The translations under genes were made by a program, and so were the position numbers. Shown here one piece after another: positions 7,450-15,754 of a stretch of DNA of 64,000 nt. This DNA is from an uncultured virus (IMG/VR IMGVR_UViG_3300042392_001228) (lineage: Duplodnaviria > Heunggongvirae > Uroviricota > Caudoviricetes). The notes under the pieces were generated by a model, which saw only the letters and a program-made list of their open reading frames with translations, was not told where the DNA came from and ran no database searches. The DNA lies in the IMG/VR virus record IMGVR_UViG_3300042392_001228, positions 1-64,000 of that record, one strand, 5' to 3'. Positions within the stretch are counted from its first letter, which is position 1, and each line of letters starts with the position of its first letter.

Positions 7450-9026
7450 TAGATACCCTTGTAGAGTGTGTTGATCACTTCCATCGCTTGCTTGTCGCTT
7501 AGTTTAGCCCAAGGTCCCACCTTATACTTCTCGTCGCGAGTGCTAGTTTTAGTGGTAAGAACTTTAGTCATGCCTTCACCGTCTATTCCAAAACTTCGGA
7601 GTTTCTCGATAGCTCTCTCTCTGTTTGTGTACGCTTTGTAAGCTAGCGGGGCATCCTCTTCGAGAAATGCTAAGTAGTTTGCTTTTTGTTTCGGAGTGTT
7701 ATACTTTCTTTCCACATCTGCAATTAGGCTCCCACCTGGACCCCAACTCTTAAAGGTGGAGTCTGCGCTTTTTCCTCTGGGTCCCGGAAAGGCACCTAGT
7801 GCCTCCACAAGAGCAGCTTTCGGATTGTCTTGCGCCAGCCCCATATCAACAAATCGCCCTTTACCCTTCTCATCTACCAAAACATTGCCCCCATGCATAT
7901 CATTGTGTGCGACCCCCATCCTGTGCAGATCTGCACGAGCCTTCCAATAGGCGTCGGTGTTCCCTTTACTGGAATCTCTACTCGGATTCATACCTAGAGG
8001 GGTCCCTTGAACTTTTGACATAGCGATACGGCCGTTCCTTAGGTCTACCCCCGTTCCCTTGGGGCCAGCGGGTCCGCCAATATCCGCAGCAATCAGCTTC
8101 GGCCCCAAGTCGGCTTTACCAACTTTATCTACGATAGCCGCCTCCGTGCGGCTAATTATACCTCTTTTAACAACTTCGCCGTCCGGACTTAGAATCGCAG
8201 TGCCGTACATACCCGACCCTAGCATCTTAGCCTTTTCGCCAAAGGTTCGACTCCAACCATCGTACTTCGGGTCTCCCTGTCTCACATGGTTGCTCTTTTC
8301 GATCTTAGAGTCCATGATCGCGGCTATTTCTTCTTCGTAGGTTAAACCAGCTGAGTTCACTTTCTTGGATGACTCTCTTGGACCCCGGTTCTCTTCAAGA
8401 ATGCTCTTGATGTCGGCCAGAACTTCTTTTTTCGTTACTTTTGCTCCGCCGCTCTGACCCCCACCGGGTTCTAACCCGGACGCTTTTCGTTGTGACACAG
8501 CCGAAACTTTTTTGGCGATCGCCGGTAAAAGTTGCCGTTCGGCCAGCAGCTTGTTTACTTGCGCTCTCTGTTTGTCGTTCAGCCTCGGGTCATTTAGAAC
8601 CTTCTTCAGTTCTTCAACGGGTAGCGCCTTGACTTTGGCTGTCAAACGCATTTTTCCCTGCGTTACGGCCCCCTTTGACGGGTCCGGTACCGCTTTCTTA
8701 CTCAACAGCTTCGCTGAGAGTTTTGAGAGTGACGAATGGAGTTCCGAGGGAAGGGGTTTCCCCTGTGGTGTTGGCTTTACTGTCTTCTTAGTCCTTTCGG
8801 TCTTTGTCTTCTCCCCCTTTACCCTTGGCACTTTTTTCTCTGGACCACCCTCTTTAACTTGCTCTGTACCCTTCCTACACTGCCCCGCCGTCCCATACAC
8901 AGTGCCATCTTTCCTTACACAACGTGTAAAGTCGTACGTTCCCCCCTCAGAAAAGTCCGATGGGTGCTGTTCGGCAATCAGTGTTTTGTACGCCTGGAGG
9001 GCATCGGACGAGAAGGAACCTTGCAC
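7449..9026 (-). CDS. Effector-family protein with C-terminal Ser/Thr protein kinase-like domain
   Basis: GTG 9026 QGSFSSDALQAY..DFSEG..YDFTRCVRKDG..YGTAGQCRKG; kinase motifs LGSGMYG, VVKRG, HNDMHGGN, VDMG. Confidence 0.88.
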   Translation of the reverse strand: MQGSFSSDALQAYKTLIAEQHPSDFSEGGTYDFTRCVRKDGTVYGTAGQCRKGTEQVKEGGPEKKVPRVKGEKTKTERTKKTVKPTPQGKPLPSELHSSLSKLSAKLLSKKAVPDPSKGAVTQGKMRLTAKVKALPVEELKKVLNDPRLNDKQRAQVNKLLAERQLLPAIAKKVSAVSQRKASGLEPGGGQSGGAKVTKKEVLADIKSILEENRGPRESSKKVNSAGLTYEEEIAAIMDSKIEKSNHVRQGDPKYDGWSRTFGEKAKMLGSGMYGTAILSPDGEVVKRGIISRTEAAIVDKVGKADLGPKLIAADIGGPAGPKGTGVDLRNGRIAMSKVQGTPLGMNPSRDSSKGNTDAYWKARADLHRMGVAHNDMHGGNVLVDEKGKGRFVDMGLAQDNPKAALVEALGAFPGPRGKSADSTFKSWGPGGSLIADVERKYNTPKQKANYLAFLEEDAPLAYKAYTNRERAIEKLRSFGIDGEGMTKVLTTKTSTRDEKYKVGPWAKLSDKQAMEVINTLYKGI

Positions 9027-9050
9027 TGTACAGAGTCTATACCTACACAA

Positions 9051-9058
9051 TTTTACCC
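9051..9058 (-). promoter_or_regulatory. Putative late promoter GGGTAAAA
   Basis: 24 nt upstream of GTG 9026; overlaps the Gly-stop of the upstream gene. Confidence 0.7.
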
Positions 9059-9262
9059 CTCAACATAAACCTCCAGCTCTTCCAGAAAGTCTCGAAGCTG
9101 CCGCGTCTGGTGAGACAGCCGTGAAAGAAGCAAAATGGAGTCCGCCAGGAACTCTTCGAGTTCGTCACGAGACAACTCCTTGAGTCTCTTTCGCACAGAT
9201 TGGGCGCGGAACTCAATCTCCAGGGGAAGCGGTGTTACGCTAAATGTCCTCGGTGAATCCAT
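9053..9262 (-). CDS. NblA-like phycobilisome degradation protein (putative)
   Basis: 69 aa; LPLEIEFRAQSVRKRLKELSRDELEEFL resembles NblA LSLEQxF...MSREQ..FL. Confidence 0.55.
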   Translation of the reverse strand: MDSPRTFSVTPLPLEIEFRAQSVRKRLKELSRDELEEFLADSILLLSRLSHQTRQLRDFLEELEVYVEG

Positions 9263-9917
9263 GTGCAATTGCCTGCAATTTGTAGAATTTATCTGCGGCC
9301 CACTCTCTCTCTTCAGGCGACAAGTCTTTTTCCTCAGCATACTTGACAACAGTATTGAGTTCGGACTCTGAAAGTTCTTTCATGGAACTCACAAGTTCGG
9401 GAGAAGCCACGTAAGGCTTAACATCGTCGTCGTTAAAAATAAACTCTCGTGTGGTCCAATCTTCAGGGTTAGAGTCGTAGGAAACATGGTAGTTATGGTT
9501 TGTCATATCAACCATAATTACTTTCGATTCAGGTAATCCCAACTCTGTCGCAATTTCGGTGTAAGTCTTCTTTTGCTTCAGTAGCTCGTCTACCTTGGTC
9601 TTATACGTCGCAACCCATCGCGGGGTTTTCACCATTCGGGAGTAGTCCCGCAAAGCGTGCTGGATATAGCCTCTGGCGGTTCTCCAAGCAAAGGTGCTAA
9701 ACTGAACTTTTTTGTCGGGGTCGTACCGTGTAGCAGCAACGCAGAGTGCGAAATTCGCTATTGACTCAAGGTCCTCTCTTGTGAGAGAGCCGGTGTACCC
9801 GCCCGTTGAGCACTTAGCACCGTAGGCGAGTCGTCCAGCGATCCACTTGTGGTCTCTTACCAAACACTGTTGCTCTTTTGTGAGCTCAGGGTAGCGCCTG
9901 TAGCGTCTTTTTGCCAT
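9240..9917 (-). CDS. Phage sigma-70 family sigma factor, SigF/SigB-like
   Basis: REDLESIANFALCVAATRYDPDKKVQFSTFAWRTARGYIQHALRDYSRMVKTPR (region 2); TYTEIATELG (region 3). Confidence 0.85.
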   Translation of the reverse strand: MAKRRYRRYPELTKEQQCLVRDHKWIAGRLAYGAKCSTGGYTGSLTREDLESIANFALCVAATRYDPDKKVQFSTFAWRTARGYIQHALRDYSRMVKTPRWVATYKTKVDELLKQKKTYTEIATELGLPESKVIMVDMTNHNYHVSYDSNPEDWTTREFIFNDDDVKPYVASPELVSSMKELSESELNTVVKYAEEKDLSPEEREWAADKFYKLQAIAHGFTEDI

Positions 9918-9918
9918 A

Positions 9919-11862
9919 TTAAGCCTCGCAGCTTTTGCATTCGTTGTAAACGCCGTCTGAATCGTCATGGGCGCTGACCGTCTCGGTGTTATTCGATTGT
10001 TTGTATGCTATGTAGTCGGTAAAACCCCCAATGTGTTTCTTGAAGAGCCATAATTGTGGTACAGTTGTCCACTCAGGGTTCCAAAATCCTTTTTCTTCCG
10101 CTTCTGCTTTCGTGATTTCTTCGTACCGAACTCCCTCCATGGATAGTTCGTTCTTAAGTTTCACACACCATGGACAACCCTCACGGGTCACAATCAAAGC
10201 AGGGACAACTTCTTTATTCGTAAGAAGGCTGCTTGACTTCAGGTAATAAAGGGACTTTAGCTTCATCTTCCATGCTGCCAGGTGCAGACGAGTAATATAC
10301 GAGGCATCTGACTTCGGGTCTGGAAACAGATTTAGCGATTGACCCTGACACACGTAAGGTTGCCGGTCTGCAGCCTGCTTGATAAGCTCAAACTGGTCTA
10401 CTTCCCTTGCAGTCCTAAACACTTCTTTTTCGTGCTCAGTCAAGCATTCAATGCCCTGAACACTTCCCTTGGCCACTAGAATTTGATCCCAAACTTCCGG
10501 ACCTACTCCTCTGTCGCAGAAGATTTTTTCAAGGTACTGATTCTTTCGAACATATGTGCCTTTAGCTTGTTTGGCGACGTAATAGTTTCGGTCTCGTGGC
10601 TCTATGCCTTCGGTGCCTGCCCCGCAAATTACACTATTTGTTTTGGTTGGTGCGATCGCGATTAAGTGCGTGTGACGCATTCCGGTACCCTTGCACCATT
10701 CCGGTTCCCCAAACCGCTCGGCCAGCTCCTTCGAAGCTTTGACTGCTTCCTCCTTCATCCATCGAGTTGTTTCGACGTTTAACTCTCGCGCCCCTTGTGA
10801 CTTCACAGGTAAACCGTGCAGTTGATAGAGGGAGTGAAGTCCCATGACCCCTAGGCCAAGGGCACGGCTTTTCTCTGCGAAACGAACGGACCTACCCATG
10901 CCAACCTTGTCTTTGGCTTTGCGTATGAACTCGCTAACGACTGCCTCAAGGAAGTGGATCCCAATTTGAGGAACAGTACGGCCTGAAGTAGGAGACTTCC
11001 AATCCTTATACTCGTCGTAGCGGCTCAGGTTTAAGCTACTGAGGACGCACACGAATGAGTGGTTCTCGTCAGTGTGAAGGAAGATTTCGCTGCAGAGATT
11101 ACTGGTCTTTACAGTCAGTCCCCTTTCTTTGTAGCAATCCGGGTTCTGGTTATTAGCATTGTCAATAAAGATTAGGTACGGGGTCCCCGAGATCATTCTT
11201 GTTCTCAAGACCTCTGCGAACAACTCATGCTTTTGTTTATCGCCCTTTATCATGGACTCAACCCACTCATCGGATATGGTGAGTGCTATGTTTGAGTCTA
11301 CCCATGTCCGTGGGTCTCCTTTTGTGTGATCCTTTGCACGAAGCAGTTCTGGAACGTCCGGGTGATCAATAGGCAGGTAAAAAGCGAATGATCCTCTCCT
11401 GACTCCCCCTTGGCTCACGACTCTCGCACAAATATCGTATTGCTGCATCCAGGGCACAGCACCAATTGATTTTCCTCCCCCAGTTATAGGCGACCCTGCG
11501 GGGCGAATTTCCCCGAAGTAGTTGCCCACTCCTCCCCCACTTTTGCTCAGTTGAGCTACTTCTTTCAAGTGAGAGTAGATAGAGGAAATGCTATCTGAAG
11601 GGTGTACAGAGAAGCACGATATAGGCTGACCACGGTATGTACCGAAGTTGGAAGCCACCGGACTCGCTGCGCCAATCCAGCCGGACCAAAGGCAGTGGAA
11701 CAAGTCTTCGTCTAGTGTCGGATCTTCGTTTATCTTTGAAGCCGTTTTTGCTAGACGGCTAAACATATCTTTTGGAGTCTCCCCTACTAATAAGTAGCCA
11801 TTAGAGAGAGTATGAAGGGCCTCTTCATTCATCCAATGTGGGTGAGTAAGTTCTGTATTCAT
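9919..11862 (-). CDS. nrdA: Class I ribonucleotide reductase alpha subunit with inserted glutaredoxin domain
   Basis: ISCF, SNLCSEI, CVLSSLN, IAPT, KSLYY; Grx CPWC..TVPQ..IGGF; terminal CKSC. Confidence 0.95.
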   Translation of the reverse strand: MNTELTHPHWMNEEALHTLSNGYLLVGETPKDMFSRLAKTASKINEDPTLDEDLFHCLWSGWIGAASPVASNFGTYRGQPISCFSVHPSDSISSIYSHLKEVAQLSKSGGGVGNYFGEIRPAGSPITGGGKSIGAVPWMQQYDICARVVSQGGVRRGSFAFYLPIDHPDVPELLRAKDHTKGDPRTWVDSNIALTISDEWVESMIKGDKQKHELFAEVLRTRMISGTPYLIFIDNANNQNPDCYKERGLTVKTSNLCSEIFLHTDENHSFVCVLSSLNLSRYDEYKDWKSPTSGRTVPQIGIHFLEAVVSEFIRKAKDKVGMGRSVRFAEKSRALGLGVMGLHSLYQLHGLPVKSQGARELNVETTRWMKEEAVKASKELAERFGEPEWCKGTGMRHTHLIAIAPTKTNSVICGAGTEGIEPRDRNYYVAKQAKGTYVRKNQYLEKIFCDRGVGPEVWDQILVAKGSVQGIECLTEHEKEVFRTAREVDQFELIKQAADRQPYVCQGQSLNLFPDPKSDASYITRLHLAAWKMKLKSLYYLKSSSLLTNKEVVPALIVTREGCPWCVKLKNELSMEGVRYEEITKAEAEEKGFWNPEWTTVPQLWLFKKHIGGFTDYIAYKQSNNTETVSAHDDSDGVYNECKSCEA

Positions 11863-11898
11863 AGTGATTTCAAGAGTTAAGAATGTGGTTATAGCGTA

Positions 11899-12879
11899 TT
11901 ACACCAAGTCTAGAACCAGATCCTTTAAGTTAACTCTCAAAAAATCCTGAGTCGGTTTTGCAACGTAGGCGTCCCCCGACTTTGCTTGAGCGAAAACGTC
12001 TGTACTTGTCGCGCCTGCAGCAATAGGGTCGAACCACTGTTTAATCCTATTCGCAGAATCCATGTCGACGTGGAACATAGGTACAGATATTCCTAGCTTA
12101 TTCAACCTGTCGTTTGCTCGCCAGCGAAGATAATGCTTCGTGTCATGCAGAGTAATGGTGTCGAGAGTACGTCCTTCAAAGATCTGGTTAAGGAACGCGT
12201 CCTCATTTCGGAGTACCGCGTCAAACCCTTGGAAAATCGCTTCTGCTTCAATCAGGGTTAAAGGGTCTTCCTTAATCAGCTCACGAAAGAGTTGTATTCC
12301 GGTATCGCTGTGCTGTTGCTCGTCTTGAATTGACCATGAAATAATTTGCGATAGCCCTCTGTACCTTCCGTTGAGATTCAAGGAAAGAAGGACTGCGAAG
12401 GAAGAAAACAGCGAGACACCCTCGGCAGCGCCACTGAATACCGCGAGGGACTCCTTAATGTTTTTCTTTCCTAGAAAGTACCCAATCTTTTGACGGGCTA
12501 TGGGGTCACCAAGGAAAGCCTCAAATTCGTCTAGACCTAGGGTGTCCGATAAGAGATTATATGCTTCGGCGTGAACAACTTCAGAGAAAGCAAAGGTTCG
12601 AGCCACTGCCGCAATCTCATGCTTAGGGAACCACTCCGGAATCTTTGACCAGTAGTCCCCAATGTGTGTCTCAAGAATGGTGAAACCACGCAAAATACCC
12701 CCCACAATCTCACGTTCGCTCTGAGTTGCACTTTGCCAATCTCGAACATCACTTTCAAATTGTGCTTCTTCAGGACCCCAAAGAGAAAGGCGAGCTTTCT
12801 GATAAGTTTTGAAAAACTCAGGGTATTCAAATTCCCCGTTAAGTTTGTAGGCTTCTCGATACTGAGTGATGCTTGGCAT
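11899..12879 (-). CDS. nrdB: Class I ribonucleotide reductase beta subunit
   Basis: EVVHAEAY, EGVSLFSSF, DEQQH; adjacent to nrdA. Confidence 0.95.
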   Translation of the reverse strand: MPSITQYREAYKLNGEFEYPEFFKTYQKARLSLWGPEEAQFESDVRDWQSATQSEREIVGGILRGFTILETHIGDYWSKIPEWFPKHEIAAVARTFAFSEVVHAEAYNLLSDTLGLDEFEAFLGDPIARQKIGYFLGKKNIKESLAVFSGAAEGVSLFSSFAVLLSLNLNGRYRGLSQIISWSIQDEQQHSDTGIQLFRELIKEDPLTLIEAEAIFQGFDAVLRNEDAFLNQIFEGRTLDTITLHDTKHYLRWRANDRLNKLGISVPMFHVDMDSANRIKQWFDPIAAGATSTDVFAQAKSGDAYVAKPTQDFLRVNLKDLVLDLV

Positions 12880-13477
12880 TTAGTCGTTCTAAGCGTTTGC
12901 GTTCTTTTTCTGCGAGATATCTGTCTCGTGCAGGTTTGTGTTTTTCATGGCTCCACCACTCGGGTTGGTTCCCGTGTTTCCAAACAGCGTACCCTTTCTC
13001 ACCCATTAGGTAATTTCGGTACGCTTGAACCGGGTTTGCTGGATCTTTGTACTGGTCCGGCATAGCTTGAACGAACGGTGAGTGGTCTCTCGAACTCGCC
13101 GCGTTGAAGTTTTTGTAGAGCAAGGTCCGAACTTCATCTAAGCCGAACAAAGCACCGTGGTGTTTGTTGTATCGTTCCCAGTACTCCTGAGCCATACCGA
13201 AAGCGTGCTCTACGACCCAGTGAACATTGGCTGGCGTTTCGTACAGCCACTTTGAACAAGGGTGGTGAGCGAAACCTTTCGTCCCGTAGAACAACTTTTC
13301 AGACTCCAGGAGAGCCAGTTGCCTATTGAGTCCGGGCTTCTCGATTTTCACCTCAAATGTGTTAAACGCCCAAGGTGCCAGTAACTGCAAGCTCTCAGTC
13401 GTCATTTTTACGACGAGCTTGTCAGGCAGGGATGCTCCCGCGATTTGCGGGTCTTCATGCACAGCAAAGATGTTCAT
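12839..13477 (-). CDS. Pyrimidine-dimer DNA glycosylase (DenV-like family)
   Basis: MNIF...DKLVVKMTTESLQLL, HPCSKW, FVQAMPDQYK..VQAYRNY. Confidence 0.75.
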   Translation of the reverse strand: MNIFAVHEDPQIAGASLPDKLVVKMTTESLQLLAPWAFNTFEVKIEKPGLNRQLALLESEKLFYGTKGFAHHPCSKWLYETPANVHWVVEHAFGMAQEYWERYNKHHGALFGLDEVRTLLYKNFNAASSRDHSPFVQAMPDQYKDPANPVQAYRNYLMGEKGYAVWKHGNQPEWWSHEKHKPARDRYLAEKERKRLERLNAKHHSVSRSLQT

Positions 13478-13493
13478 TTGTTTCGAACGAAGT

Positions 13494-13521
13494 AGTTTAG
13501 TTTAGCGCGAAAAAGGTAAAC
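13494..13521 (-). promoter_or_regulatory. Early/middle promoter GTTTAC-N16-TAAACT
   Basis: Upstream of the glycosylase-nrdB-nrdA-sigma-nblA run; recurrent motif. Confidence 0.7.
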
Positions 13522-13542
13522 TCTTCCGAATTTGTTTCAACC

Positions 13543-13577
13543 AAAGAAAAACCACCCCCGGTTATCCCGAAGGCGGT
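13543..13577 (-). terminator. Intrinsic terminator after hli
   Basis: ACCGCCTTCGG-GATAA-CCGGGGGTGGT followed by TTTTCTTT. Confidence 0.75.
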
Positions 13578-13599
13578 CACTCGATCTCTTGTGAAGATC

Positions 13600-13803
13600 T
13601 CACCAAATTCCTGGTATAACTTGCCCAGTGACTGCGTAAGACCCGAGTGCAGCGACTATTCCTATCATCGCCGCTCTCCCATTCAACGTTTCACCAAAAG
13701 TGTCCCAGGCCACCATTGGTCGGTAGTTTGAGTCTACGGAAGTCATCGGGGGCTCAATTGCAAAGTTATTGAGCCGACCCTTTTCATCAGAAGTGACTGT
13801 CAT
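13600..13803 (-). CDS. hli: High-light inducible protein
   Basis: MTVT..GRLNNFAIEP...ETLNGRAAMIG...TGQVIPGIW. Confidence 0.93.
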   Translation of the reverse strand: MTVTSDEKGRLNNFAIEPPMTSVDSNYRPMVAWDTFGETLNGRAAMIGIVAALGSYAVTGQVIPGIW

Positions 13804-13822
13804 TTTGTTTGTTCCGTGTTTA

Positions 13823-13850
13823 AGTTTAGTGATTGCAGGAGGAGGTAAAC
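13823..13850 (-). promoter_or_regulatory. Early/middle promoter GTTTAC-N16-TAAACT
   Basis: Upstream of hli ATG 13803. Confidence 0.7.
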
Positions 13851-13865
13851 AGCCTTGTCGCATGG

Positions 13866-14117
13866 TTACAGAGTGACATCCAAATTCGAGACAACTTGCT
13901 CCAAAGGAAGGGACACCTCGCCGGACTGCTGGTGCTGGCCCAAAGCAGCTAGGCCCGTGGTGAGATTTTCGTAGTCTTCACCCACGCTCTGCCCTTTTCT
14001 CTCGGCTTTTCTGCGCTTACGTTCATTCAACCACAGTTGCATGTACGCAAGGTCACCGGGAGTGTGAAGCTCAGGGTGCCTCAGAGCTTCTTTTACAAGC
14101 TTTTTCGCTTTTGTCAT
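13866..14117 (-). CDS. Hypothetical phage protein
   Basis: ATGA-coupled to speD; KKLVKEALRHPELHTPGDLAYMQLWL. Confidence 0.7.
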   Translation of the reverse strand: MTKAKKLVKEALRHPELHTPGDLAYMQLWLNERKRRKAERKGQSVGEDYENLTTGLAALGQHQQSGEVSLPLEQVVSNLDVTL

Positions 14118-14452
14118 CGTTCAATCTCCTGAATAGTGAAGGAAGGGCAACCAAGGTGTTTGCAAAAGGTTTGCGCGATTTCTGACGAGGACCGCCCACC
14201 GCAAGTGAACACATCTACAGCTGCCTTGCCTTTTTCGGGCCACGTGTGAATCGAAATATGACTCTCCGCAAGCAAGATAATGCCTGTCAAACCTTGCGGG
14301 TCAAACTGGTGAAGGATCGGCTCGCTAAGGGCCACCAACTCGTGTTGGAGCACTGTGAGTCTGAACGCCTCTCGAAGCCGATCGATGCAGTTTAGCTTGT
14401 CGAAGTCAGCGTCGAAAATGCGAACTAGAGCATGAGTTCCAAGACTTTCCAA
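14114..14452 (-). CDS. speD: S-adenosylmethionine decarboxylase proenzyme
   Basis: HQFDPQGLTGIILLAESHISIHTWPE..VDVFTCG. Confidence 0.95.
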   Translation of the reverse strand: MESLGTHALVRIFDADFDKLNCIDRLREAFRLTVLQHELVALSEPILHQFDPQGLTGIILLAESHISIHTWPEKGKAAVDVFTCGGRSSSEIAQTFCKHLGCPSFTIQEIER

Positions 14453-14468
14453 TTCATAAATACCTCAA

Positions 14469-14825
14469 TTATTCAGAAGTGTGCTGTTCTAAAATTTGTT
14501 TTACCCCCTCTCTTAGTTCCCTTAGAGACAGGGCACCTTGCAAGAATCCCAGGTACTTTCCCGTTGAACTCAGGAAGAGGTAAGTAGGGAAGTCTATCTC
14601 GTATGTGTCTGAGACTGCGTAGCGTTCGAGACACTGGTAGATTCGAGTCCGTGTTGCGTTCCCATTAAAGTCTCGAAGGGTGTCAAAGGGTATCTCTTGA
14701 AAAGAAACTTCGGGAAACCCCTCAAACATGGACTTGTCGAACCGGGACATCGTGTCACAGACTGGACATCCAAGGTCGAACACCTTGGTCACAACAACCG
14801 CTGCGTTAGGCTTATTTTCTGTCAT
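14469..14825 (-). CDS. Thioredoxin-fold protein
   Basis: GCPVC and FPTYLF cis-Pro motif. Confidence 0.7.
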   Translation of the reverse strand: MTENKPNAAVVVTKVFDLGCPVCDTMSRFDKSMFEGFPEVSFQEIPFDTLRDFNGNATRTRIYQCLERYAVSDTYEIDFPTYLFLSSTGKYLGFLQGALSLRELREGVKQILEQHTSE

Positions 14826-14834
14826 TGTCCCGCC

Positions 14835-15437
14835 TCAAATAAAGTTTCGAAGTTCGGGACTAACCTCACGCACTTTTTTGGTGAAACGTGAAATGTGACC
14901 GTTTGTAGCCTGTTTCGTAAGCCCATACTTTTGAGCAACTTCCCCTTGTCGCATTGCCTTTCTGCCGAGTAGTCCAAATCGGTCGCAGACGATTTGTGCT
15001 CTCTTGCTGTCGAGAGAACCACAACCCTTCTTTATAATGTCTGCAATGTCCATGCGAGCAAACTCTTCCTTCAGTTCGTAAGCGTTCGGGTCTTCAAGGT
15101 TGTTCGACCAGTCTGACTGCTCTAAGGACAGCGCAAACTTGGGGTTCTTTTTCTCTTTTCTTGCAGCACCCTGAACCGCACCACGAACGTTCGGGTAGAT
15201 CCACGTCATTGGGCGGATGCCCCGCCCGTTGACCCGATAGTTAAGGTCAAACGTTTTGATAGCTTTTACGATGCCAAGTAAACCCTCTTGAACAAGATCG
15301 TCGTAGATATAGTCGTGACCCATAAATTTGTACTTGTGGGCAAACTTATGAACAAGTGGGGTGAACTGCTTCAGAGTCTCGCTGACCGCTAGAGAATCTC
15401 CTCGAACTGCGCTGTAAAAGGTTTCGTCTGTGTACAT
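14835..15437 (-). CDS. Second phage sigma-70 family sigma factor (regions 2 and 4)
   Basis: YDDLVQEGLLGIVKAIKTFD; IVCDRFGL..MRQGEVAQKYGLTKQ HTH; alternative TTG start at 15449. Confidence 0.88.
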   Translation of the reverse strand: MYTDETFYSAVRGDSLAVSETLKQFTPLVHKFAHKYKFMGHDYIYDDLVQEGLLGIVKAIKTFDLNYRVNGRGIRPMTWIYPNVRGAVQGAARKEKKNPKFALSLEQSDWSNNLEDPNAYELKEEFARMDIADIIKKGCGSLDSKRAQIVCDRFGLLGRKAMRQGEVAQKYGLTKQATNGHISRFTKKVREVSPELRNFI

Positions 15438-15457
15438 GGTGTTTTTCAACTACAATA

Positions 15458-15485
15458 AGTATAGCGCCTCTAAGGGAAAAGGCAA
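15458..15485 (-). promoter_or_regulatory. Sigma70-like promoter TTGCCT-N16-TATACT
   Basis: Directly upstream of the second sigma gene. Confidence 0.55.
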
Positions 15486-15526
15486 AGCCGGTATCCCGGC
15501 GTTTTTAGGCGGGTATCCGCCATCCC

Positions 15527-15754
15527 TCACGCTTGTGAATTGTGATATTCTTCCAAAAGGTCTTTGGAAGGCAATCTTTCGTGGTTTTGCCGCATTATCC
15601 AAACGCAAGCTGCTTTCTGAGTGACCCACGCTGTGTAGAGTTGTTTCGATAGAGCTTTTAGCTCTTCAAGGTTAGTGCAAGAATCAATGTCCCTGTGAAA
15701 CCTCTCCATCTCAAATGTTTGGGTTAAAGTCAGGGAGATGGCATCAGAACTCAT
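15527..15754 (-). CDS. nblA: NblA-like phycobilisome degradation protein (putative)
   Basis: 75 aa from ATG 15754; LTLTQTFEMERFHRDID..NLEELKALSKQLY helix-loop-helix pattern. Confidence 0.6.
   Translation of the reverse strand: MSSDAISLTLTQTFEMERFHRDIDSCTNLEELKALSKQLYTAWVTQKAACVWIMRQNHERLPSKDLLEEYHNSQA

Noticed and set aside
14499..14506. GGGTAAAA inside the thioredoxin gene
   Set aside because: Explained by Gly-Val-Lys codons; a role as a promoter for speD cannot be excluded, so it was not counted.
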